DNA of 64,000 nucleotides from Catajapyx aquilonaris (Eukaryota), in NCBI GenBank assembly GCA_000934665.2, contig KZ538206.1:1-64000 (forward strand). Reading direction: 5' to 3'. A model generated the notes under the pieces. The model did no database searches. It saw only the letters and a list, made by a program, of their open reading frames with translations, and had not been told where the DNA came from. Each line of letters starts with the position of its first letter. Positions within the stretch are counted from its first letter, which is position 1. Made by a program: the position numbers and the translations under genes. Shown here piece after piece: positions 53,966 through 64,000 of the stretch.

Positions 53966-54089
53966 GTACTCGAAAAGAATGCAGACGGACGCTGGAAAGG
54001 CGTCATCGTTGGTGATCGTCGCAGCAACTTGGCCACCCCTCGCTCAGGATACTTTCCATCCTCCACTGTAGTGGTGGTACCACCGACAG
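53966..54089 (+). CDS. Caskin: Caskin-like protein, internal exon D (C-terminal half of SH3: VLEKNADGRWKGVIVGDRRSNLATPRSGYFPSSTVVVVPPT)
   Basis: Acceptor tttttcattgcAG ends at 53965; donor GTAAGC at 54090; 124 nt, phase 0 to phase 1. VLE...DGRWKG and GYFPSS match the Caskin SH3 as I recall it (VLEQHPDGRWKG...RVGYFPSS). Absent from the ORF track. Confidence 0.92.
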
Positions 54090-57000
54090 GTAAGCTATTT
54101 TCTCCTGCTCGATACGTCAATGAACACTATTAAGCACCAAACTCTGGCGCCCAAATCTGCCCGGCGCGACATCTATGAAGCCCCGTTGCTAGTCGATAAT
54201 GGTAGACCTCCACCGACAGATGGAGTGGCTGCGGTCATGCACTGAAAATATTGGGAGGGATTAGCACGTGGAGCTTTGGAGCAGATACAATTGAATGGAG
54301 ATTCCATGATTGATGACTGGGGTCGTTCTGTCCAAAGACGTGAGGAGACTTGCTCGACCCAGATTACTTTCGCGTCGCCCATGAAAATCGGCGTCATCTG
54401 TCAAGCTTTTCCGACTTGAAAGAAGCGGAAAAATGTGCCCCACCCCCGCTAAGGAGAGGGTGGAAAAAAATGGAAGTGTGTGTACTATGGCGTACCTTTT
54501 TAGTTATTCAGGACTGGACTCTTTTGATAAATCGAATCATTGATCAGACCGCGGTTAAAAACGCGTGTGTAGCAATAATCGACAGTAATAAGGGGGCGAT
54601 TGTTGAACGGAATGTGACTAATGACGTGCTCGAATAAGTTGTCATTCATGGGGTCACCAGTCCATGGCGTCAAGAATGTTGTTATGACCGTGTCGGGTAT
54701 AGGCTGGATCAAAAGTTCTAGTAGGTTTTTAAAATCGAAGGTAGGTTGCATATTAAATTCAGATTTTATATGTGCCGTAAGTTGCTGCAGTTACATATTT
54801 TATATCGAAGTCATAGCTCTAATACTGTATATACGGTAGCTAATGAAATATTATTTAATTGAGTTTAACTCGAGACATGATCTCTGGGAATACTTAATAT
54901 TTTAAGATGTTCCTATTTGAGTTGATGCAACAGGCCCTAAAGGTAAATAATAGATAACATTACAGTAACTTGTGTATAGGATAATTCAATAGCTCACGAT
55001 ACTTCGCTTGAGTGGGGAATTAACTCGATTTGATTATTTGACACACTTGGGAGTATGCAACGCGCATTAAAGGTTAATGTTGGGAGTGTCGCTTTTGAGT
55101 AATTGCTCGTAAGGAACACATTTGTTTGGGTGGAGGCGTTGTGATTGATGACAGATAATTGAGGGCTTTGATTGATAAAGAGCGGAAGAAGTTTGGACGT
55201 ACCCGAAGCATCAAGGGTTATTCAACCCCCCTCTTCTGTTTAAATTTTTCATAGACCGTAATGAACCTGAAAAACTTTTTAATTTCGGAGACGAAAAAAG
55301 CACGTGTTGAGTACATCCCGAGCTGCTTCCGTGGGGGAGGGGGGGGGGGGAAAGGCGCTTTTAAATATTCAGCCTCATTTCGCACTATACCACGGTACTA
55401 AATGTATACAGCCCCTTTATTATACAGTATATAGAATAGACCAGATTAAACATCAAAAAACCATCCCAGGATTATATCTTTTTGCCCTCGTCTGTTGTTT
55501 GTTAAGTATACTCCAGGGAGCGCAGAGCTCGCACACTTCAGATGCGCTCTTTTTGAAAAAAAAAATGCAACTTTGTACTTCAGGCAAATTAATAAGCCAT
55601 TCTGATATGAAATGCCAGTGACATTGCTATTTAGTGTGGAATTAATATTTGCAAATGAAGTAGTTGAAATAATGAAAGGATAGAAAATAGCTATGGCGTC
55701 ACTGCTTTATGTAACCGTTATGATGAAATTGTTGAAACATACTGCCCAGGAAATATATGTGCTACATATTTACATATCTTTGCATTATGTTTAGAAGGAG
55801 CCGTTAACCCACGCCTTAACCACTGGACATTACTACAATAATTGTAGTATTCGTGTGAGTGTGTGGGGTGGGCTGACCGCTGTGGGGGGAGGGCAGGGGT
55901 CAATCTTCATAGCCCTTTCCCAAAACGAAGTTCTGCCTACAGTCCTGTATCGTGAGAATGCCGTCCTTGCTGGGAACTCTGAAACAGGAAGCACCTTGCA
56001 GCATGTGATTCGGAATGTCGTCTTACAACCGGTTATAGGCACTCTTTTCGGTACTTAATAGCCGGGGTAGTAGTGCATCACGCCTATTTATGTGGGTGGT
56101 TTTATTGCCGACATTAGATGGAGACATACAAGAATTCTGACCATTCACTAACTCCAGACTTTTTTTATTCCGCTTTATCGGACGTTATAACGGGGAACTT
56201 TTTTAAAAATATATGTGTGTTATGACATGCACTCTTTTGAACCGGACTGTAAAATGTGAGACACCCATTACCCGCAGGAAATTGCGAAACAGCACATGTC
56301 ATATTTACCATTTGCACTAAACCATAAACATAAACAGGACTAGTTTGGCCTATGAATCAGCGCCCACAGCTTGATAGCAAAAAAAAGGTGAGGAAAATTT
56401 CCTGTCCTGTCAAGATCCGGAAGGGCGGTGACCACAACACACTTCTTTTCATCTTTTTATATATATATACATCGATCCATTATTGGGGGAAAGGGAGGTA
56501 TGATCATATAGCTGAAAAGAAGATTCCCGAAATGCCACTTGGAGCTCCTTGAATCATTCTTTTTGGCTCATTTTTTATATTTTATTTTCTCTTCCTTCCC
56601 CTTCCTACAACTGCAAGATTTATATGTCAATCCGGGTTGGGTTGGGTACTATGTCTGTGTCCCCCACCGGAATGAAGATTATCCCTGAATCTGGTGATTT
56701 GCTGTGTCCCCACGGGAGATTTTTTGTCCTTCAGGTCAACATGGTGCAGAAAAGGGGGGTGAGAGGTAAGAATGACATGTGTTTAACCAATCATGTGTTG
56801 TAAGTTCAACTCCCTTTTGGTACCGGATTAGTATAGAGAGAGAGGGGGGGGGATGTTAACGGGTTTGAAGAAATGAAACACGGAGGCGTCTTTTTTATAT
56901 ATTTATATGGGTCGCGTCTTCACCTTGTAATTTACGGGCACGTGTATTAGGTTGTTCTGGGGGCTTTGCCCTATAAAGATGGAAGTTTTAAGGGATGATT

Positions 57001-60000
57001 TTTATCGAGGGCTCATAATGTTTTTGATATACGTTTGAGAGAAGAAAGTTGTTTTTAACAGAAAAATCGTGGGGGGGGGGGGGAATTCCAACATTTAATT
57101 GCAATTGTTCATTCGACATATTGGAGACCTCTACTAACCCACATTTCAAGAATAGTTTTCCCTTCAGGCTAACTGCAAGTAAATAACTGACCAGTTCGTA
57201 CCCCCCTTTCGCTCCTTAGAAGTCAGAATAATGGTGCACGATTCTTAAAAAAAAAAGAGAGTCATAAGTGGAAATGAAAACGAATGGTGTCTCACCTTTT
57301 TCACCCCTACAGTGTAATGTGGGGCACGTGCTTGGGTAACTAGCCATCGATTTTTGACCTGATATATTAGTCTGGTTTCAAGCCAGGTTTATTACCCTTC
57401 CTCCGCGTGTACAAAGTGTCCTAGTACTCGGGGGCGTCTAAACTACAAATGATGAGAATGTCCCTAACAAAGTATTATGTGTCAACCGGTAGTGGCTTTA
57501 GACTATTTATGTTTTGAACTGAAGTATATCCACAATGTACTGAGAGTCCTACAAGCAAATAATTCTGAGATGTTAATAGATATATAGGGATTTACGATTT
57601 TTATCTCTTTATGTCAGGATTTTTTGGTTCGTATTTTTTAATTAGTACCGGCGGCTGCCATTTTTGATAGTAATTTATTATGTGCGGGTGACCTCGACTC
57701 CTTGGCGACAAATACCTGCTTCATTTTCTACTCGGGTCATGCCCTAATTTTTCCTTGCTGGTCATTCATAGCTCCCCCTCTCCAACCACCCGCTTCACCC
57801 CCAGTGCACTAGTGCAACAATAAAGAACTGTTACCTACAATTTATTGGACTTGCTTATTCCATTAAAAGCAAATCGTGTGATAAATCTTATAGTTGTAAA
57901 AAAGTGCCTGGCATTTCGCCCGAAAAAGGTGATGCAAATAAACACTCTTAAAGCTGGGGGATTAATCCGATGTTTTTTGCACGCCAATTAAGTAGCGCAA
58001 ATTATGAACTAATACTTAACCCACTATATTGTGGCTTATAAATAAAATTGTACCTGCATGCCCTCATTTTTTTTTCACTGACTAGGTGTGATACAATACA
58101 AAGATGGCCTCAAGTTTTGACGCCCGTATGTAGAGTGGCCGCTTAATATGCGCATGCGCAACTTGCTAGCGTCCTTGCCTCAGGCCGTTTGGCCTCCTTC
58201 AAGCACAAAGGAGAGGGGGGGGATGGTAAAACGTGCCTCTGATTTAGACGACGGCATAGTGTGACGGAGGCCAGATACGTGCTCGTGTTGTTGCAAAAAT
58301 GAAGTTGTCATGAAAGATTGCAGCAATAACGCTGATCCTGCAGCTGGGCTGCTGTCGCCATTTTAATTTTGCCATCAATCAGTATCAGTGTCTATCACCA
58401 GCATATTGCCGTTTTTTTGTCCCTTGTCGCCTTTCCCACTTGCAGTGTTTTTGCCACGTGCGGCCGTTTATTATGGAGCAACAAATAGGTGGAAGAAGTT
58501 ACCCCCATTTATACATCGCGTTCACTATTTGGAGAAGGTAATTTTAAAAGGCTATCGGCTTCTTATCGTTGTCTATCGCATAAAACCTTATCTGAATAAC
58601 AACTTCACAGCTGGAAGTGGGCATGGGGGGGGGGGAGGGGGAAAATACGTTGTTACAAGCATACCCTGTTCGTGTGCAACCAGTGTCCCTGACATTATGC
58701 ACGCTAAACATGGCCAGCTGCTTAGGTAATCAGGTGTCCACATGATTAAGACTACACGTGATGCGGGTATAAGTGAATATGAGGCAGAGGTGGCTGCTAT
58801 ATACGTGCTAGAGTGCTGACTTGTCTATTTTGATTTATGAGTTGCTGAACAGCCCACATATCAAGGGCCTGGGTTCACTCGTAGTCAGCTTGGTAACATG
58901 TGGGTAACAGTGTATGTAAAGAGTAGCAAATGAGCCGAAGAATGTACACATCAAATGACGTCACTGGTAACACGATTGGCAATTTCGAAATATTTCCAGG
59001 GTTATAAACACAATTAATTGACATTTCCGTTTTCTCTAACTAGTCCAGCAACTAATTATAAATCTTCTGCACTGTCAACATAATGGCAGCAACCTCCCCC
59101 AGTTTTTTAATGACCATCAGTAATAATTTGCTGGTTCATCCGAGCGTTAAAGTCTCCACTAAAAGTCGTGATTTTGACCTGCATTGCTGCAATTATTTTC
59201 GCTCTACCCACTTTGATTTCGAGTCTCCTCTGGAGCATAGCAGGGAGGGAAGAAGGGGTGGGGGATGGAGCGGACCAAAAATATGCTTCCATTCCGCTAA
59301 ATCTGAGCCCCTGATGTTGAGCCAACCAGGCCCTGCCTACGTCACGTAAAATGGGGAGAGAGGTCTCCAGGAGAGGGTAAGTCTGGAGGAAAATTATTGC
59401 GAATGGATCGCGCAAGGTCTCTTTTCCGCCTGGGTAGCATCCAATTAAAGTTGGCGGAACAGCGACACGCTCCTTCCCCCTCCTCCCCTGGTTTCTCCCC
59501 CTGCTTCTTCCACCCGGCGATCCCAAGGGTCGTGTATGCTTTAAGATTCTCATAATATTGGCAGAAGAAGTAAAAAGAAGAGTCTGGGCATAAAATGGCA
59601 AAGGGTCATGGGTCGATTCAAGGTTGTGGTTACATTGTGCGTTGACCTTGCAGGCAGCATCATGGTAAAGGTTGAAATCACTGTGTGGTGATTCCGGTAC
59701 TGCAAGGTAGTGTTTCGCGTGTTTCTTAAGTTTCAGACCCGAAAGCGACCTTGGTACTGTACATTAGGGACAATATATTTTCTAGAGGCAATAACTTTTC
59801 TGATACTGGTCTATAGTACTGTGACAAGAAATAACGACAACAGGTTGCAAGGAGCCAGTCGACGAGAGAGAAACCTAGCAGAAGCGCGGCAAGAAATTTC
59901 CGAAACCAGCTGGAAGCTATTGGCAACCAATAGAAATAGCACAGAGTAATCGATGAGTGAAGCCCCGAGCGAGAAACTTATTTCGAGTCCGGTTCCGGAC

Positions 60001-63000
60001 ATGGTCACAATTTGCGTCAGGCCTTTTGATAGAAATTACCTATATTTTCTACCAGTTCATTCAGATATAGTTGAAGTTTGAGGTGCTATTGTGATTTTTT
60101 AAATTACTTTTTGAAGTTATTCAGTGATGTCCAACATATATTATATTATAAGTTACAATATATTGAATGCATCAAAGTATGTGGTTATATCAGCTTGAAT
60201 TAAATATTGCGCAAAAGACATTTTAAAAATTTATATGGGTGTCCACCCACTTGTAGATTTAAAATGACAAATCCTATTTCAAAAAGTATATGGTATGCAC
60301 TCAATTTTGTTTACCATGTGGAATAGTAAAAGGCACATGCTGGATTTATTCCGCTTTCAGCATACTTATGCAAGTTCATAAGAAGGATTCTGAGCAGCTC
60401 AGAGATTCATTCTTTATTGCTATCTAAAAGGATAAGAGTTACGTACTTTCCGAGCTATTACCATGGACTGCTGGATTCGACATAAAGTGTGCCGAATTCG
60501 AGCACGGCACAAGAAACGGCTTTAAGTAGGCACGTGCTGGTTTTATCGAGCATTTTACATCCGTACTGATAAGACATATCCTTCAAGTGTACTGCAACCT
60601 GAGTGGCACCAGTTGTGTCATCGACCAAAAAGAAAGCTTGCACTTTTCTAGTTGTTGATCACTCCAACGAGCATGTTGTGCGTCAAAACCTGTCTGGGTA
60701 TACCAGTCATTAATAATGTATGCAAACAATAACCCAAACTCGCTTAACAGTATTAATCGAGCCACATCTGATTACACACACAAAATGGCCAGACATATTA
60801 TATCACGTGTGTCATACGACACGTATATAATAGAAAGGAATGAAATATTTCTCGCATGAACGATCTCTCTGGCTGTGTTAAATGTCACGCCAGAAGTCAG
60901 TGCTTTGATTTAATCGGCATTTAAATGAGTCTCCTGTAATTAATGTTGGGCGGTGTGAGGGGGAGGGAGTGGGCAGGTATAGCGGAAGTCGGAGCAAATT
61001 AAATGCCGTTTCTCTTCGGTCGAAACGCGCATCGGTTTGATAAGGGTGTACACCTTGCAAAGCAGTACTCATAGTGATTTATGCACGGTACATTGCGCAA
61101 CCAGCCGAGATGTATTGGAATTTGGTCTGAAGGTGAAAATGCTATTAAACACTTAGACTATATCTGGGACGTGGACATATGGAGGTAATTGCATATTGGT
61201 ACAATATGTAATTAATTATATTACACAACACTTGTCATCGAAATATCAACATAGGCTGGAAAAACTGCGCACTTATCCTGATTACAGCATTTCAGGTATA
61301 GACTTCCTACACTTCGAATTTTCCTTATGGCAATTTTGAATGCGCAGACACGGCTGTTAACTTCCGCCTAAAATAATTAATACCATCAGCGAACGCAAGC
61401 TCCATCACATATTGCAAATTCACTACTTCCTTCCAGCTTTCAGAAATGGAGTGTCTCAGTTTTCGTACTGCCATTTCAAAAGCCCTCGGAAAAGTAGCAG
61501 ATGTGGCTCATCTCAGGCCCTGACACTTCTCGAAAATTAGGAACAAACTTACGGCGCTTTTAGCAAACGAACACGCCCTACAAAAATTTGCACTCCGACA
61601 TCCTCCCATGTACTAGGACTAGAAACACACACACACAAAAACACAGTAGAGAGAAAGAGTTTCCCACGTTCTCAGGATGTGGGGCCCCTCCTTTTTATCC
61701 ATTCAGGTGAGGGGACAATGGTGTTGAGCTGGGTTTAGAAAAGTGGATCGGGTGTATTGGAGGGACGTTGAAGGATGGGTACCAGCACCCCCGAAAGAAA
61801 AAGAAAGGAACAAGATGAAGCCCACTGAAGAACCGGGGTGTGGCCCGCCATTTGCAAAAATGAGGCGGGGGCCGTCGTCCTGTTACGTTTTATGGGAGGT
61901 GGATGGACTCTTGTTCCAACAGGCGGAAACCCACCTCTACCGGACTGTGAAGGCCACGGATGCTCGAGGAACCCCCGGTCCCCCCCAAACATCCAATCAA
62001 AGAACTGGCAACGGTGCTAGCTTATGAATTGCGCGTGTTTTTTGATGGAATGAAAAGGGCTTGGTTGGGGAGGGGTGGTGGTGGTGGTGGAATGATGCAT
62101 TGAGCAGCTTGTTGACTTTGAGCATGCAAGGAACGTCTCGGTTCCAAGGAGATCGATGTGTAACTGAAAGGCCGGTGGGAGAGACTCTATACATGTCCAA
62201 AAAGGTGCGATGCCCGTCCAGAATCCGATGCAGAATCAAACTGAATGCAAGTCGGTCGTATACAAGAGGAACTACCATATACTCAATTAGCCGAGCTGGG
62301 AGTAATGGCTTTTCATTAAAAATACTCTTATATGTTGCAAATATCCTTCTGAGTTACTCATGCGTGTCGTTATATCAACCTAAATGCGCCCATGGACCAG
62401 TAGGTTATTTATTTATTTATTTAATCAAATAGTTGACAAATGATAAACATAATAATATTTGTAATTTGTATTTATTGTAGGGGTAACTTTCACGTTTTCT
62501 GCAGACTGCTATACAATATACTGTGTGATATGGACACAAAATATGTGGCAGTCAACCGGTCCGGTCAAAGTGTGTCTTTTTTAGGTGCCGAAATGATATC
62601 ATAAACAACTTGATGTCGGGGAAGAAAACATTATGCCGCTTGATTACGATGGAGGTCACACTCCACACAAGTTCGCCTATTGGAATAGTCTCCTTCTTCG
62701 CGATAGCACAAGTATGCCAGAAAAAAGGCCCTTGACTCTTTTCGGACACGTGCCGATAAAGGACACTCTATCTTTGCTAGCAGGCAATTTAAAAATTGAC
62801 AACCGTTCAGCCTGAAAACCCGCAAGCAATCAGTGGAGTCGCAACTTCATTAGCCTACCTTTTCCTCATCTAACCTTAATAGTTTGAACGGTACAAAAAA
62901 AAATCCTTCTTTTTTTGGAATTGATTAGAAAATCATGGAGGGGAGATGCATAATAAATTTTTGCCCGCCTGACGAAGAGCGGTATTTTTATAGTACTCGG

Positions 63001-63286
63001 CCATGTTGACGACGAGGGAGTTGCTATGTTAACATCATCAGAAGGGATTACACCTTCCGATAAACAGTTATAACCTAGGGTAGTAGCGGTAATCTCGTTG
63101 GTATATCAGATTCCGATAAATAGCTATCGTAGAACAATAGCAATGCCGGCAGGTACTAAAAGAGCAATAAATTGGCAAGAGACTGCCAAAATAATCAAAC
63201 AAGTTTATCCCGGAACCATAATAACGATGGCCAAGTGAGCAAGCATGGTCACAAATGGAAATTTAACTGGCGATCCGAAAATAGTA

Positions 63287-63305
63287 TTAAGCAGGCATAA
63301 ACAAG

Positions 63306-63344
<39 letters not shown>

Positions 63345-63371
63345 AAACGTTTAAGCAGGCATAAATAAGCA
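63287..63371. repeat. (TAT)n microsatellite bracketed by a duplicated ~21-bp sequence TTAAGCAGGCATAAA(C/T)AAGCAT
   Basis: Direct repeats at ~63287 and ~63351 with the TAT run at ~63307-63343. Confidence 0.8.
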
Positions 63372-63391
63372 TATTGTTGTTGTTGTTGTTC

Positions 63392-63662
63392 TTTTATTAT
63401 TATTTATTTTTATGTATACCCCATTGGGAGAATCAGCGCTCCATTAGGGGGGTGGAGTACCACCATTGGATGGGGCCAAAGATAGGGAAGGAAGGAGGCG
63501 GCTGTGGCCTATTATACGGAAGCGATCCCGGAATTATCCTGGGGGGGGGGGGACCGTGGAAACCCACAGAAAACCACGTTCAGGGTTGCCGGCCCCGGGA
63601 TTCGAACCCAGGACCTCCCGATTAGCAGTCGGGCTCCTTAACCACCACACCAACTTGCTTCG
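63392..63662 (-). mobile_element. tRNA-derived SINE (tRNA-Ser(GCT)-like head), different family from the SINE at 14987
   Basis: On the minus strand: A box TGGTGTGGTGG (63652-63642), GACTGCTAATC anticodon arm, B box GGTTCGAATCCC (63608-63597), core GTGGTTTTCTGTGGGTTTCC...CAGGATAATTCCGGGAT...AGGCCACAGCCGCCTCCTTCC, A/AAT-rich tail; both flanks carry TATTGTT simple repeat. Confidence 0.88.
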
Positions 63663-63886
63663 GTATTGTTATTGTTATTATTATTGTTGTATTAGTATCC
63701 ACGGCCAGTCGACGTAAGGTAGTAGTATCGTTTGGAAAAAAGCCGGGGGTAAGTTTCTGTACCGGAAAAGCTGGAAAACTCTGGTTTGAACAACGAGCAG
63801 CCCTGCCATCATTTATATGGTAATAGCCCGCATTATAAACTCCAGTAACAGTTACCGCCTATAACCACTCCAACAACCCCCCCCCC

Positions 63887-63921
63887 NNNNNNNNNNNNNN
63901 NNNNNNNNNNNNNNNNNNNNN
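63887..63921. other. Assembly gap (35 N) within poly-C
   Basis: Run of N. Confidence 0.99.
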
Positions 63922-64000
63922 CCCCCAAATGGCCAGAATCCCATCCCGAAACACATCTTGAAATCCCTAGCATCCGCCCATTCTTGCCATTTCCCTTAAA

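Noticed and set aside
61707..62027. Possible downstream exon or 94-aa ORF after the acceptor ctttttatccattcAG
   Set aside because: The frame continuing from exon D stops after about 10 codons, the listed ORF is in a different frame, and there is no similarity to Caskin.
1..64000. Prokaryotic-type systems (CRISPR array, operon) or an autonomous transposase/reverse transcriptase
   Set aside because: No repeat-spacer array, no long ORFs and no DDE or RT motifs seen; the sequence is spliceosomal-intron-rich animal DNA.

Overview
Eukaryotic (metazoan, probably invertebrate; species cannot be assigned from the sequence) genomic DNA, almost entirely intronic. The only well-supported protein-coding content is four short internal + strand exons (1406-1514, 15743-15851, 49209-49306, 53966-54089). 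They have canonical GT-AG sites and mutually compatible phases and splice into ...[146 protein letters not shown]..., i.e. the last ankyrin repeats plus the atypical SH3 domain of a Caskin-family scaffold. The gene begins before and ends after the window. The introns (about 14.2, 33.4 and 4.7 kb, plus the remainder) contain non-autonomous DNA transposons (Tc1/mariner-, pogo/Tigger- and PIF/Harbinger-type MITEs), two tRNA-derived SINEs, a 215-bp tandem duplication, microsatellites and two assembly gaps. Most ORFs in the supplied track look spurious. Speculative leads: a candidate 24/31-nt microexon after the SH3 exon, a possible internal first exon and micropeptide inside the largest intron, and RFX X-box-like sites. 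I found no convincing evidence of a novel multi-gene system.
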